A stretch of 64,000 nt of DNA from Octopus sinensis (lineage: Eukaryota). This document shows positions 39,480 to 58,849 of the stretch, piece after piece. Both the position numbers and the translations under genes were made by a program. Below the pieces are notes generated by a model. It worked only from the letters and a program-made list of their open reading frames with translations. It did no database searches and had not been told where the DNA came from. The stretch covers positions 28,644,001-28,708,000 of the forward strand of contig NC_043021.1 in assembly GCF_006345805.1 (NCBI RefSeq). Reading direction: 5' to 3'. The first letter of the stretch is position 1, and every line of letters begins with the position of its first letter.

Positions 39480-40350
39480 GTGTGCGTGTGTGTGTGTGTG
39501 TGTGTGTAGAAACATACATATATGCACATATGTACACATACGAATACAAACAAATGCACATACACACGCACGCACACACACACATAGATATATATGCATA
39601 CACACACATATAGTTATACATATACACACACACACACATATGTACAATGAATATGTGTGTATGTGTATATACAATGTTTATATCTATCTATCAGTCTGGC
39701 TATGTATTTATCTTTCTAGTTATCTTTCTATCTATACCTATATATATTTTTATATCTATATCTATTTATTTATCTACTTATATTTATATACATACATACA
39801 TACATACATACATACATACATACATACATACATACATACATACATACATACATACATACATACATGCATATGCATGTATTTATGTATATGTACACAGAAA
39901 TTGTAGAAAAAAAGATGAATAGGAAAAAACCTCTCAGAAACATAGAAAGTGGTTGAGCTCCGAGAAGTATTAGTTCCGCGTAGGTTCATTAATCGATTAA
40001 AAGCTTCTATAGATAAATCTCCACACTTTCTGCTTATTGCAGGAGTGTACAGGAGTCTGTGCACTCTGTAAATATAGCATTTACATGTATGCATATATAT
40101 GTATGATGAGAATGCGTGAATGGGAAACTGCGTGGGTGTATCATGGGTTGTTTTTTTTTGTCATTATATATATATGTATGTATTGTGTAGGAACTTCTCC
40201 CTTTGTTTTGTTCTGTTTTCTGTGTAGTTGTTTGAATGTGTTTTATTTGCTTGTCTTGCTGAATTGCATATCTATAAATTATGTTACGTTTAACACACAT
40301 GAATATGTACTTAGCTATATACAAGCATATATACAGACATATACAGACAT

Positions 40351-40399
<49 letters not shown>

Positions 40400-40475
40400 T
40401 AAACATATGCATGTATACATATATTTATATGTACATATATATACATATACATGTATATATAATAAATATATTACA

Positions 40476-40515
<40 letters not shown>

Positions 40516-41604
40516 AGAGAGAGATACATATATATCACAGCATTTATACATAGATCTGTATATTAACAATGCATATATACATATATATCAAAGCATGTAT
40601 ATATAATTAAATATATAAATTCAATATATTTATTTTATATATAACAATGTATATCTATATATAATTAAATATAAATATATATTCAATATATATATATATA
40701 TATATATTTATACACACATACACCTTATATTCTATTACATATGTTGAGCATATTTACTAAAAATTCACTCACATACACACAATGCACATATATATACATG
40801 TATGTATGTATGCATGTATGCACGTGTGTATGTATATATGTTCAACCCGTTCTTTATCAAAAAATGCAATTTTTTTAGTGCATGCGTGTGTGTATGTGTG
40901 TTCGCGCACGCGCGCTCGAATATTAAGTTGATATCTATGCAGTACATACGCTTTCACTTCTGTCGGCGCCCTCCAGACGGACAACGATTCGGGCTTTACT
41001 GTAGCTTGATAGCTTATTTCATATCATCGCATACCGGCAATCGATGAAACTGAACTCAGTACTTGACTGGTTATATATATTAATGAGATTGAAGTGATAC
41101 GACCGTTAACTCTGTCTAATTTGCGTACCTTTAGTTCAATAAAGACACATGTTTATTAATTAACCTGGATTACTCTTTTACTCTTTTACTTGTTTCAGTC
41201 ATTTGACTGCGGCCATGCTGGAGCACCGCCTTATGTAACTTTAAAAAAGAAAGATATCAATTATTAACACCTAGACTATCAAGACAATCTTAAAATTGCC
41301 AGTTTTAATATATTTTTTATCAAAATGTGGTACGTATGTGATTTTCTATTGAAGATTTCAACGACAGAAAGAGATGACATTTTCTAATACGAGTTTTCTC
41401 TGTCTTACACTTAAAACTTAACAGGAAATCTATCATATACTTCTGTTAATTCCATTGCTGAGATAACTGTTCATGTTATTTTAGTTCATATGATGAATGC
41501 TAGTAAAAAAATTCTCTTTGTTTCTGTAATTGTGTGTTTACAAATACACTCTCCCACACACACACGCACACGTTTGTACGTATGTACATACATACATATA
41601 TACA

Positions 41605-41875
41605 TGAGGTAGTGAGTTGGATTCGCGGACCAGGCTGTGTGCTGTGTTCTTGAGTAAGACGCTTTCTTTCACGTTGCTGCAGCTTACTCAGCTATAGGAA
41701 TGAGTTGCCACATCACTGATGCCAAATTGTATTGGCATTTGCCCTTCCCTTGGATAACATCCGTGTCATGGAGAGGGGAGAGTGGCATGTATGGGTAACC
41801 GGTGGTCTTCTGTAAAACAACATTGCCAGGACTTGTACCTCGGCGAGTTACTTTCTAGGTGCAACACGTGCCATT
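41605..41875 (+). mobile_element. Degenerate CORE-like SINE fragment
   Basis: GTGCTGTGTTCTTGAGTAAGAC(A/G)CTT..CTCAGCT resembles the CORE region; recognised from memory only. Confidence 0.4.
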
Positions 41876-41906
41876 TATGACCGATGAGAGTCTTCACCCA
41901 CACATA

Positions 41907-41941
<35 letters not shown>

Positions 41942-42440
41942 ATGTGTGTGTGTGGTGTGTACTTTCAGAAAAGTAATGCCAAGCAAACATGTTATGCAAT
42001 CACATGTGTCAGAACATACAGTAAGTTTTTCAATATGGTTTTTGTTCCAGTACATACTACATATGCAATCCAGTTCGCTGGCATGCAAAAGTACGAAAAG
42101 TTCTGACAGGTATATATACGTTCAACTGACGATTTCTACGTGGCTGAGTTAGCATACCTGATTTCTTCATAAATTTTATCACTATCTTTGAATGCTTTCT
42201 ATTATTTTAAATGTATGTATTGAGCGTTTGAGCGCAATTAGGTTACAAACGGACCTAAGGTGTAACATATCAAAATAATCAAATGAATAATTACTGTTTA
42301 GCGACTGGCAGAGAACCAACCGGAACGCGGGGTTCCATTAGATTTTATGAATTTCTCCATTTATTACTTCTTATTCATTCTCGCATTTGCAAACTTATAC
42401 CTTTTATTTGTTTTAGAATACACGATGAATTGGATAGCCT

Positions 42441-43080
42441 TACATGGTATGATCAATAAGTATATGGACTGTTGCCATAGTAATGAAGCTAAAGCAGACA
42501 AAGTAAAGTCGCTGAGCACAGACTGACCTTGACCTCTACTGTGCCTTCACACTAACTTTTAACGTTCTAGTTCACTTCCCTTGTTTACAGCAGTGCTTTG
42601 AAGTAACGTGTGTAACGTGCAATCGTCTCATTGACCATGGCAGAGAAAGCTGTCATGGCGATACCTGCTCAGAGGCCTACGCAAAGTTGCAGAAGCTGTT
42701 TGGAGGGGAGTGTATGGGTTGCGCACAAGTGTACGAGTGGTACAAACGTTTCCAAAGTTGCCGATAAAATGTCGATATTGATGAACGTTCTGAGAGACCT
42801 GCAACCAGCAGAACTGAGAAAAACATCGCAGATGTGCGTGCAGCTCTAAGGGGAAATCACTGAATCACCATTTGTAAGATCACCATTTGTGAGTTATCGG
42901 AGGATGTGCAGATTAGCTGCGGTTCAGTTCAGTCCATTGTCACAGAAGATTATGGTATGAGACGCGTGTCTTCAAAGTTTGTGCTAAAACTGCTTTCAGA
43001 TGCCCAAAAAACACTCGGGTTTTAATTCCACAAGATCTCCTTGATTGAGAAGAAAACGATGAAAACTTTTTGAAAACTTT
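42441..43080 (+). mobile_element. Mariner-family remnant (5' TIR-like end and N-terminal HTH region)
   Basis: Translates EAYAKLQKLFGGECM..VYEWYKRF..DERSERPATS..ELSEDVQIS.GSVQSIVTEDYGMRRVSSKFV with stops. Confidence 0.75.
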
Positions 43081-43224
43081 GCGTAGGCCTCTGAGTAGGT
43101 ATCACCAAGCTTTTGGCAAAATTTGTTGCAGATTCTCTGCTCAACTTAAGCTTTGCACCGGGCGTGCCAATAATTCTGGCAGTTCACTGCCTTACCCGTT
43201 GTTATAATAATTGGTTTCAAATTT

Positions 43225-43420
43225 GGGCACAAAACCAGCAATTTCGCAGAAGGGTAAGTCGATTAGATCGACCCTAGTGTTCAAATGGCAATTATTTAAC
43301 CGACCCTCGAATGGATAAAAGACATAGACGACCCCAACGGAATTTGAACTCTGAACGTAAATACGGATGTAAAACCGCTAAGCATTTTACCCGGCGTGCT
43401 AACGATTCGGTCAGCAGACT
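43225..43420 (-). mobile_element. SINE of the 30588 family
   Basis: GGAATTTGAACTC..GCTAAGCATTT..CCGGCGTGCTAACGATTC. Confidence 0.7.
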
Positions 43421-43777
43421 GCTTTACCCGCTGACACCATTATTTGTAAATGCCAATATAGATCAAGGCATCTTGTTCATGTTGCTCATCTTTTGTAATT
43501 ACCACATGTGGCTACATAAAACTTTGGCATTTCTTTACACTACATATTGGATTATATAATCCAGTGTCATTAGGTGAATACAGTCTGTGGTTATTAAACA
43601 TACGTATGAGAACATAATTTATTCACGTACTGCAGTCTCAATATTTCAGTTACTAATTAATACATTGTGACAGTGAATAATCAGATATGCAAATGAGTAA
43701 AATCGGCGTCCGTTACACTTTACATTTCTTAAAAGTAAGCTGCAACCTGTTCCACTACCACTCCCTCTCTTCTCTCT

Positions 43778-43853
<76 letters not shown>

Positions 43854-43984
43854 TCTTGCAGTACATACATATGTGTGTAGGTATATATATTTGTATATAT
43901 GAATGAAATGTATAAATATATACATACATGTATAAGCATACATACATGTGTATATATATATATGTATATGCATACATAAATATA

Positions 43985-44213
43985 TTATTATTTTCTTTTA
44001 TTCTTTTATTTGTGTCAGTCGTTCAACTGCGGCCATGCTGGAGCAATGCCTTTAGTCGAACAAATCGACCCCAGGACTTATTCTTTGTAAGCACAGTACT
44101 TATTCTATCGATCCCTTTTAGCGAACCGCTACATAACGGAAACGTAAACACACCAACATCTGTTGTTAAGCGATGGAGGGGGGTCAACACAGACATACAA
44201 ACATACATATGCA

Positions 44214-44244
<31 letters not shown>

Positions 44245-44373
44245 GACGGGCTTCTTTCAGTTTCCGCCTACCAAATCCGAGGCTATAGCAGAAGACACTT
44301 ACACAAGGTGTCACGCAGTGGGACTGAATCCAGAACTATGTGGTTGGTAAGCAAGCTACTTACCGCATGGCCT

Positions 44374-44375
<2 letters not shown>
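43985..44375 (-). mobile_element. SINE of the 35285 family
   Basis: Colinear with 35285-35700. Confidence 0.8.
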
Positions 44376-44429
<54 letters not shown>

Positions 44430-44515
44430 CATACATACATGCATGCATACATACATGCATACATAAATACATACATACATACATGCATACATACATTCAT
44501 ATGCATTTACAGATG

Positions 44516-44602
<87 letters not shown>

Positions 44603-44758
44603 TTAATGTAAGTATAATGAAGGATAACGACACTCGTGCGCTGATGATTATAATTTAGAGTACGAAGTATGTTTGTGCATTAATGTCTTACTGACATTTA
44701 GATGCATGTACACACAAACATACACCCACAAACACACACACAAACACGTATGAATGTA

Positions 44759-44791
<33 letters not shown>

Positions 44792-45048
44792 ATCTTTGGA
44801 AGATAGGGGAAGAGCTGGTAACTAATTCTAACGAAACTTACCACCAAACCTTGAATCTTTAGAGATGATAAGCTGTTCATGTAAACATAAATAATGTGCG
44901 GTTTGAGAAGGGTTTACCTGCAAAATCTAACGTTTCCATTTAACGTAGATGTACTCCCCTAGATTCTTATGCCTTTGTGCGTGTATTGGTACATAGCTGT
45001 GTGCATGTATGCGTTTGTATTTCGCAGAAACACTCGTACACACACTCT

Positions 45049-45086
<38 letters not shown>

Positions 45087-46272
45087 TACAAACACATAAA
45101 AGCACATATGCACACATGTTTGTGTGCGTGCAGAAAGGAAAAAATAAAAAGCTTCTCCGGCGGGTGAAAGAGAGAGAGAGAAAATGAAGAAGAAAGAAAC
45201 TGGATAAAAGAGAATGCATGGAGTAGATTCACTAGTACATTCTACTTACACAAATGCACATATATGCACGTTCCCCATACATATGACACACATATAAACA
45301 AAGATATGTGTGGACATGTTTTTGCAATAACAAAGATGTATGCAGTATATGCAACATCTAAGGAAGACTGATGCTGGTTACATTACAGAAATACCTTGAG
45401 AAGATTCTCCAACATTTTATCAGAAACGAACGTACGTTTCATATCAATACTTACTCCGTTTAAAGTTATATTCGCTTGACGTACATAGAACTACATATTA
45501 CTTAATCATTGTTTTGAGTTCACCGTTTTTTGTGGTTATCTAAAACCCCATTTTCTTTATAGTTAAGCAATGTTTTCGATTAAAATATACTGCATGAATG
45601 AATCGACAGTGAAACATAAGCAGCTTTCCTTTCCATAAGCTGGCAGCAGGTGGCGGAAGGGGAACGGGATGCAGAGGATCCCAAGATTTCAGGGGGAAAT
45701 GTACACGCTTTGAACATCCTCCTAAGAAACTTCATCGCCAAAACGTACGAGTGTAGATACAGCTTTGGACTGATTTCAAACGTTACTTTTCCATTATTGG
45801 ATTTATCTGACATGATTGATGTACAAATATAATTACTTTTGTTGTTGTTGTTGTTGTGATTATTATTGAGTGAGAGAGCAGTGCATGCCATCAAAGTGAC
45901 ACTAGGGTACAATATACGAAGCCCAGTAAACCCGTCATGACAATCCGTCTGATAATGGCTCACCAGGCACATGAATCACAACCATGTATGCGCGACATGG
46001 TGATCTCATATCATGTTTCCAGATGTGAATTATCCAAACACATGGCTATGATGCTCCTCGCCGCCACTATTTTTGCTCATGATCAGGGATGTACTTATCG
46101 TCATCCACTAAGGGACCTGCTCAACTGGCTATGTTCAAGCAACTGACAAGTAAATCCATGATATTGAGCAGAAAACTTGCTGTAGGCCATCTTTTACACC
46201 AAGACAAAACATGTACATGATAAGACTCCTAATAAGTTAAGATCAGAAGCAATGAGAGTTAGGGTTAGGGTA

Positions 46273-46352
<80 letters not shown>

Positions 46353-46356
<4 letters not shown>

Positions 46357-47998
46357 ATAGTATATTTTTTATATCGTACTTTCACTTCACTACCGAGCGC
46401 AGCTCTGTGTGCCTTGGGTATGTGCTGTGATTTGTTGTGATGCTCTGGTGGTTACTGTATGGAAAGTGTTCTGCGTAGGATGTGTGCAGTGCCTAGTAAT
46501 GCAATTTTCTGTATGTTATATGTGTTTGTAAGTCCTGGTGTTTTTGTTATGTATTTGTCTGAATATTTTTTTATCATGCCTAATGCACCTACTATGATAG
46601 GAATTGTTTCTGTTTTTAGATTTCACATTCTGGTTATCTCTATTTCCAGGTCTTTGTATTTTGAAAGTTTCTCCATTTCTTTTAGAGACACGTTGTCATC
46701 CGCTGGTATTGATACATCAATTAGAAAACATTTTTTTTTTCATGATCTCTGACAACTATATCTGGTCTATTGGCCTTAATTTCTCTATCTGTGTGTATCG
46801 ACATATCCCAGAGTATGGTTGCTTTCTCGTTTTCTGTGACCTTTTCTGGTGTGTGCCTATACCATCTTTTTTCTGTTGTTATTCCATAAAGTTGGCATAG
46901 CTTCCAATGTATGTAGGTTCCAACTCTGTCATGTCTGTGAATATATTCCTTCTTAGCCAGGACTGGGCAGCCAGAGATAATATGATTTATTGTTTCTTGT
47001 CCATCTCCACATATTCTGCAGTTACTTGTTATATTTCTTTTCATTACATGTTTTTGGTAATTTCTGGTGGGGAGGCTTTGGTCTTGTGCTGCAATTAAAA
47101 ATCCCTCTGTTTCTGCTTTGAGTCCTGAGCTTCTCAACCATTGCTGGGATTTTTCTTTGTCTATTTCTTTTGTATTTAGTTTAGTCCAGTATTTGCCATG
47201 AAGGGGCTTTTCTTGCCATCGTTTTATCATGGTTCGTTGCTGTTCTATTTTTAGTTTGGATTTCATTTGTTTTATAGCTTTTGTTGTTTCTTCATCTTCT
47301 TCTTCTTCAAATTTGTTAGGTAGTATGATTTGTCAGCTTCCTTAAATACTGAGAATAGTTTTTTGTTACGCTCGTGTTTTGCCGCTATTTGTATCAGTTT
47401 TCCTTCCTTCTGAAGTAGATATTTTTGCAGTCCTATGGTGGTTATTTTATAGTAATTTTCCAGCTGTATAAGGCCTCTACCACCATCTATACGTTGTATA
47501 TATAGCCTTTCTATGTCAGATTTTGGGTGATGCATCCTAGATCCTGTCAGTATTTTTCTTGTTTTCCTATTTCGGTCAGTTCATTTAGTGTCCAGTTAAG
47601 GATATTGTAGCTGTAACTTATAACTGGGACGGCTAAAGTGCTGATACTTATTATCTTGTTTTTAGCATTGAGCTCTGTTTTCAGTATTGATCTAACTCGT
47701 CTATAATATTCTTTTTTTTATTTTCTCTTTCATTTGTGTGTGTTGTGTCTTATCTAGTTCGTGGATTCCTAAGTATTTGTAAGTTTGGCTTTGGTCTAAT
47801 TCTTTTATTTCATTGGTTTTATCTAGTGTGATGTTGCTACTCTTAACTAGTTTTCCTCTTTTCAGGGTTACTTTGGCGCATTTCTTTAATCCAAATTTCA
47901 TATCTATTTCTTTGGTAAATCATGAACTGTCTTTAATAGTGTTTCCAGCTGTTTGTCATTTGTAGCGTATAGTTTTAGGTCATCCATATATAAAAGGT
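46353..47998 (-). mobile_element. R4/Dong-like non-LTR retrotransposon, 5'-truncated copy
   Basis: LLYMDDLKLY at the truncation, CRICGDGQETINHIISGC knuckle, RHDRV, RPDIVV nuclease motif, stop at 46452-46454; (ATT)n on both sides. Confidence 0.85.
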
Positions 47999-48003
47999 GG
48001 CTG

Positions 48004-52190
<4,187 letters not shown>

Positions 52191-52613
52191 ATTATTATAT
52201 TATTATTATTATTATTATTATCATTATTATTATTATTATTATTATTATTAAAATCATCATCATCATCATCATCATCATTATCATTATTATTGTTTTACTT
52301 CTCAGAGTTCTCGATATAACTTGCTTCAGATAATTTTGTGAGAGAAATACTGTATTTCACAGTAATCGCTATGAGTAAAAGCTTAGCTTTTATTCGGCTC
52401 GTGAGTCGGAAACCCCAATTATAGGTTGTGAACATCAAAAGGATCCCTCCACAATAGACATCATGTTTGAAAGGAATTCCAATCTCACTCGATTGCATAT
52501 GGGCGCTAGGTGTATATATTATATATATATTTGTGGGTGTCGCTTGTGGGAGATACGAGTATCTGCGGAGTACATATATATCCACACTTCTGAGCATATC
52601 AACTTCAGATAGC

Positions 52614-52685
<72 letters not shown>

Positions 52686-52713
52686 ATATCTATCTATCTA
52701 TCTATCTATATAT

Positions 52714-52756
<43 letters not shown>

Positions 52757-53175
52757 GAAAGTGCACTGCAAAGTTCCTGACATTAAGGGGATCGCGAAGG
52801 CCTGGCTAGATGCCAAACCTGGTGAGTTCTTCTACAGGGCAGGGCATAGGAAAACAAAAGGACCGCTGCTGTAGGTGTATGAATCTAACTAACCCTTTTG
52901 TACCCAAAGACAGGAGTATGTATGCATGAATGTATGTATGTATGTATGCATGTGACCTCGTGTGTACCGTTGGCGATTTTTTTTCCTCTGTCTTCCCTTC
53001 TCTGGATCTTTCCTTCTCCTATGTTTCCGACGAAGAGCTCCGCTCGAAACGTTAGACCATCCTTCTTTCCTTCTTTCCTGAGCGTCCAATAATACTATAT
53101 TTGTTCCACGTCCTCGCGTTGTTGTGCTTTTTTGTGCTTTCTTGTTTGGATTAACTATATATATATATATATATT

Positions 53176-53285
53176 ATATTGGGTCATCCCATAAATAATG
53201 CGATTCTTTAATACTTTTTTATTTTTCAAAATTAAGATAAACAAATTTCTCTTTTAATCTAAAATATTCTTTCCTTCATTTTCTT
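53176..53285 (+). mobile_element. Mariner TIR fragment cut off by PLE A copy 2
   Basis: TATTGGGTCATCCCATAAAT matches the end of the 28220-29175 element. Confidence 0.55.
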
Positions 53286-53292
53286 CATTTTC

Positions 53293-54577
53293 TTAGAGAA
53301 AATGTACATCTTATTCAAAGACAATAATTCTTTGAATCAAAGAAGTGAGCTAATGAACTTATGTAGGCACGCGGCTAAATTTAAAATGTCGAATATAAAT
53401 ATACCATATGGATAGAGTATATATTTTGTATTTTTGATTTTTGAAATTTTGATTTTGACTCTTGAACGATGAGCGCTACGATGGATTTTGTTTCCAAGCT
53501 ATGCGGATCTTAATCCGTATAGCAAAGTCTTATGTTTCTACATATACATTAGGAAAAACCTTCGACCTTGTTTTCATGTTATTGTATTGTATAGGATTAC
53601 CTTGATTATTTATATTACCTTGATTATTTATAAATGATCCAAAATAGGGTGTTATATTTTATTTTATATGTCTTTCGTATATATTTTTATTAATGCACCC
53701 AATTTTTTAAAAAAAGCAATGTTTTTTTTTAAAAAAAGCAATGTTTTTTTAAAAAAAGCAATGTTGTCAAAATTAGAATGTTGATATAAGTATGTGTATA
53801 GCCAAGGATATGTATTTGTAAGCATGCGTATCTGTGTATGTGTAAGTGAGAGTATGTTTGTGCTTAAGCACACATATACACGACTGTATGTATATGTATC
53901 CATTCGAACTTGTGTTTGTATACTTGTCTCCATACATGCCAATAATGCCGTTACACAGCTTGTATATTTCGTTTTTTTCCCCACCCCCTTCGTTCCTTTT
54001 TCTCTCTCTTCCTTTCTTTCGTCCCCCCCCTTACTCAGTATATGAGAATCGCTACATAGATGATTTTTAACTTGCGTGCGAGATGGTTTGCGTGAATATA
54101 TGTACACATGCATTTATGTGTATATTTAGATTTATATTCATACGTCTGTATATGTATGGCGTTTGCGCGCATCCTTTTGTGTATGTTGATATATATATGT
54201 ACATTTTAATATAAATATGTATTGCAGTGTAATATTTATAACAGGTTTAATTGCTATGCATTAATTTATACTTTCTTCATTAACGTCAATATGTATTTTA
54301 TTCAATGTAAGGTTTTTTCCTCGGGTTTTATAATTTCTATAAGTTTTTTTATATATATATGCATATATTTTTAACCTTTTTATTTATCGCTCGAAGATTG
54401 ACCGTTTTTTCTAAAGGGCCAATCAAACAAGTCCATTTCTTTTTAAAGGTGTAGCGTTTGTAAGAGTCTAGATTGAATTGATATATCGGTTCCATTCTAG
54501 CAAAAACTGTCTGATGAACGGCAACGAGAAACTCAGAGTAACAGATTTTGTTGAATTTTCTGCTGCTTAAAATAAAG
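53293..54577 (+). mobile_element. PLE family A second copy (last about 35 codons, 3' UTR, HHR)
   Basis: Reverse complement of about 3903-5106 with many UTR substitutions. Confidence 0.9.
54501..54550 (+). ncRNA. Minimal type I hammerhead ribozyme (PLE family A copy 2)
   Basis: CAAAAACTGT-CTGATGA-ACGGCAACGA-GAAA-CTCAGAG-TA-ACAGATTTTG. Confidence 0.75.
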
Positions 54578-54778
54578 CATATTACTCTACCACTGGTATT
54601 TGAGTACTCTTTTTTCCACCTTGTTTCACATTCATGTGTTTACTCCGGTATATATATATATAAACATTATATATATATATATATATAAAATATTATTTGA
54701 GACAAAACCACTATTTTGCAAAACAAACAAGGAAAGACTTAATCAATACATAAAATTTAATAAATAGTCAAAAAAACC

Positions 54779-54822
54779 GCCACTACAATCGTTTCTTGTC
54801 TTGATCGACAATCTTCAGGTGG
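54779..54822 (-). ncRNA. Type I hammerhead ribozyme (PLE family B)
   Basis: CCAC-CTGAAGA-TTGTCGATCAAGACAA-GAAA-CGATTG-TA-GTGG. Confidence 0.8.
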
Positions 54823-57218
54823 ACTTCCAATCTAAAAAATCAAAATTATAAAATATAAAAATAATACTTTTAAATAATTAAAGTATAAATGAAAAAATAT
54901 AAGTATATAATCCATATATAACCTATATATAATCCATATCGAAAATAGAGACTAATTACCACGAATTCCCTAAAAAAACCATGATAAAACAAAACTCTTA
55001 AACATAAATAAACGAAAAATCTCCCTTTGCTAAACTCTATAACAAACCTATAAAGTAAACCCCCTAACCTAAACATTCACACACAATACACACACGTAAA
55101 CCACAGACTCACGACTTATACACATACCTATACTACTTTATAACCTCAATATACACCAAAACCCACTCCCTCCCCACACAGACAAATTAACACATACATC
55201 CCAAAACCTAAATAACAAACCCATATACACATTCACACACAAACACACACTCACACGCAAAACACTCACACACAAAAGATACATATACTCCCTCACATAT
55301 ACGCCTATACATACTCACTAAACTCTACATATACAACAATACTTACACACCCACAAAAAACATTATATACATTTATGAGCTTTAACTCACCTTAACATCT
55401 CTAACAAACAACTTGCAGTAACCCATCCATTCTCTATGCCTACCTCACTACTACACTATTCCATTCACATTCCAAGCAACGCTAGTCCACCACCCGGTTA
55501 TTCACGTGGCAAAACGAACACCACTCAAAAATTATTAATGAAACAATGTAAAAAAATAACCACACCTAAAATAGACAAAATACCACAAATACCTAAAAAA
55601 ACCATGATAAACCAAAACTCATAAAAGCATATAACGATAAAATCTCCCTTTGCTAAACCCTATAACAAACTATATAGCAATCCCCCTAACCTAAACATTC
55701 ACACACAAAAACCCCACACGTAAACCACAGACCCAAGACTTATACACAAACCTATACTAACTTATAAACCTCAATATACACCAAAAACCACTCCCTCCCC
55801 CCACAGACAAATTAACACATACATCCCAAATCCTAAATAACAAACCCAATACACATTCACACACAACACACACACACGCAAAACACACACACACAACAGA
55901 TACATATGCTCCCTCACATATACGCATATACATACTCACTAAAACTCGATATATACAACAATATTTACACCCACACTCATACAGATAAATAAATTAATTA
56001 TACAATTAAAAACTCACAACCAATCTCATATACATAAACACTCTTATGAAAACAACAATAAATACATCGTAATTAACCAGAATATCAAAAATAACATTAT
56101 GACATAAGGATAAATCAAATACATACTTACAATTCAGTTACAAATTATGAAGTGAAATTAGATTCTTAGCCGTTAAAAAACCAAACAAAATTACGTTACC
56201 TTGGAAATAACTAATGTAAAAAAAGAATACGCGCCATAAAAAGTAAACGTCATTCATAGTATGAATGGAGAAATATAATAAATGGAACTAAAAACTATTT
56301 CCACGTAGCAAACCAACGCTACTTAAAAAAAAAAAATTAAAAAAAAAAAAAAAAAATTAAAAAAATTAAAAAAAAAAAAAAATAAAAAAAAAAAAAATTT
56401 TATGAATGGATTCTTTAAAAACTATCATGAAAAATCAGTTATATACATTTATGAGCTTTATCTCACCCTAGCAACTCTAACAAACAACTTACAGTAACCC
56501 ATACTCAATGCCTACCTCATTACCACCCTAATCCATTCACAATTCCAAGCAACACTAGTCCACCACCCGGTTACAATTCCCAACTCTACCCATTCATTCA
56601 CAATTTCAACGACGTTCCCTTCAACAACTCTACATATAAGCCTCAACATATACACCGGAGATACACTTACACAGGGGATGTATGTGTTTATTTATCCATG
56701 TGGGGCTGGAGTGGCCGTTAGGTGCATATGCTGAGGCTCACATGCAAACCCAAGTACAACGAATGAAGTGGGCACTTATAATTGTTATGGGTGTGTACTT
56801 TATTATAAAAGACAATACCCAAATAAAATCTGTCAATTCAACATACAAATAAAAAACAAAAAACAAAGGGATCTTAAACATTCACACATACATACAAAAC
56901 TCAATAAAAACACCACTAATAACACCCAAAAACATATAAATATATCCTCAAATACATATAACAAATGCAAAATAAAAATACATAATAAAATAAAATAAAT
57001 AAAAATAAAATAAAAAAATAAAAAAATCTAATATAAATTATTAAAGTTTTAACGTACCATAAACTGCTAAATTAATATACATTAAAAATGAACTAATTAA
57101 AACAAAGAAATATCAATAAAGACTAACTATAATAAATATCCTAGACAACATAACCAAAAATATATCATCTAAACTAATTTAAACTAAACTAAAATAACCT
57201 AAAAGGGAACTATTATTG

Positions 57219-57645
57219 CTATTTATCATGAAACTTATTATATAAGTAAAGTAACTTGTGTCTACATTTTATTTTGCGCTCCTCCCCAGTATTAAGTAAA
57301 TTATCATACTTATAAAATAAATTTCTTTTTAAACTCATTAGAGCATAAATAACAACATTAGCTCCTATATTATATGATTTAGTTTTACAAATTATTTCCC
57401 ATATTAAACTATAATTAATATTTAGTGATTTAAGACTCCAAATATACTTACTAAGTCCGGTTGAGTTGATTAAGTTTTTATTTTTAAAAGAATTCATATG
57501 TTGTGCAATTCTTAGTTTTATTTTTGAGGAAGTAGAACCTATATAAACCGCTTGTGTGTAATTATTATTCTTAAAGTTATTATCATGTAATGTAACTATA
57601 CATTTATACACTACATCGTTAATATCACAATTATTATTTAATATA
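57219..57645 (-). pseudogene. GIY-YIG endonuclease fragment of PLE family B
   Basis: VVYKC..VYIGST..R..QH..SF..TGLSKYIW..W; CYLC in a shifted frame; terminal CRH. Confidence 0.85.
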
Positions 57646-58574
57646 CAATTAGATTTATGTCTGTGGTTTACGTGTGGGTTTTTTGTGTGTGAATGTTTAG
57701 GTTAGGGGGATTGCTATATAAGTTTGTTATAGGGTTTAGCAAAGGGAGATTTTATCGTTATATGCTTTTATGAGTTTTGGTTTATCATGGTTTTTTTAGG
57801 TATTTGTGGTATTTTGTCTATTTTAGGTGTTGGTTATTTTTTTACATTGTTTCATTAATAATTTTTGAGTGGTGTTCGTTTTGCCACGTGAATAACCGGG
57901 TGGTGGACTAGCGTTGCTTGGAATGTGAATGGAATAGTGTAGTAGTGAGGTAGGCATAGAGAATGGGATTGGGTTACTGCAAGTTGTTTGTTAGAGATGT
58001 TAAGGTGAGTTAAAGCTCATAAATGTATATAATGTTTTTTGTGGGTGTGTAAGTATTGTTGTATATGTAGAGTTTAGTGAGTATGTATAGGCGTATATGT
58101 GAGGGAGTATATGTATCTTTTGTGTGTGAGTGTTTTGCGTGTGAGTGTGTGTTTTGTGTGTGAATGTGTATATGGGTTTGTTATTTAGGTTTTGGGATGT
58201 ATGTGTTAATTTGTCTGTGTGGGGAGGGAGTGGGTTTTGGTGTATATTGAGGTTTATAAGTTAGTATAGGTATGTGTATAAGTCGTGAGTCTGTGGTTTA
58301 CGTGTGTGTATTTGTGTGTGAATGTTTAGGTTAGGGGGTTACTTTATAGGTTTGTTATAGAGTTTAGCAAAGGGAGATTTTATCGTTATATGTTTTTAAG
58401 AGTTTTGTTTTATCATGGTTTTTTTAGGGAATTCGTGGTAATTAGTCTATATTTTCGATATGGATTATATATAGGTTATATATGGATTATATACTTATAT
58501 TTTTTCATTTATACTTTAATTATTTAAAAGTATTATTTTTATATTTTATAATTTTGATTTTTTAGATTGGAAGT

Positions 58575-58617
58575 CCACCTGAAGATTGTCGATCAAGACA
58601 AGAAACGATTGTAGTGG
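58575..58617 (+). ncRNA. Type I hammerhead ribozyme (PLE family B)
   Basis: Same sequence as 54779-54822. Confidence 0.8.
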
Positions 58618-58849
58618 CGGTTTTTTTGACTATTTATTAAATTTTATGTATTGATTAAGTCTTTCCTTGTTTGTTTTGCAAAATAGTGGTTTTGTCTCAA
58701 ATAATATTTTATAATATTTTACTATAAAATTGGATTTAATCCTAAATCTGATTTTTTTTCCTGTAAATTTGGATATATTCCCTAATATTTATTATTTATA
58801 TAATATTGATAATTTTGTATATTGAGTGTAATACCTCAATTTCGCAAAT

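Larger units (their letters stand above)
54684..57645 (-). mobile_element. PLE family B inverted 5'-truncated segment (GIY-YIG, full 3' UTR, HHR)
   Basis: Reverse complement of 60915-63330 plus the endonuclease region; HHR at 54779-54822. Confidence 0.85.

Noticed and set aside
27600-44375. tRNA genes
   Set aside because: The A/B-box-like heads continue into SINE bodies and do not form complete cloverleafs.
25833-45232. Numerous short ORFs rich in Y/I/C/V/H/T/R/E
   Set aside because: These are translations of (TA)n, (CA)n, (GA)n, (TATG)n and (GAA)n microsatellites, or antisense frames of repeats.
45600-45790. GC-richer unique island, possible exon
   Set aside because: No recognisable domain or convincing splice pair.
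46259-46270. Telomeric TTAGGGTTAGGG next to the (ATT)n tract
   Set aside because: Only two units; could be chance or a SINE tail. Not enough to call a healed break.
52755-52870. Mariner C-terminal fragment (KAWLDAKPGEFF)
   Set aside because: Suggestive but too short and degenerate to support as a feature.
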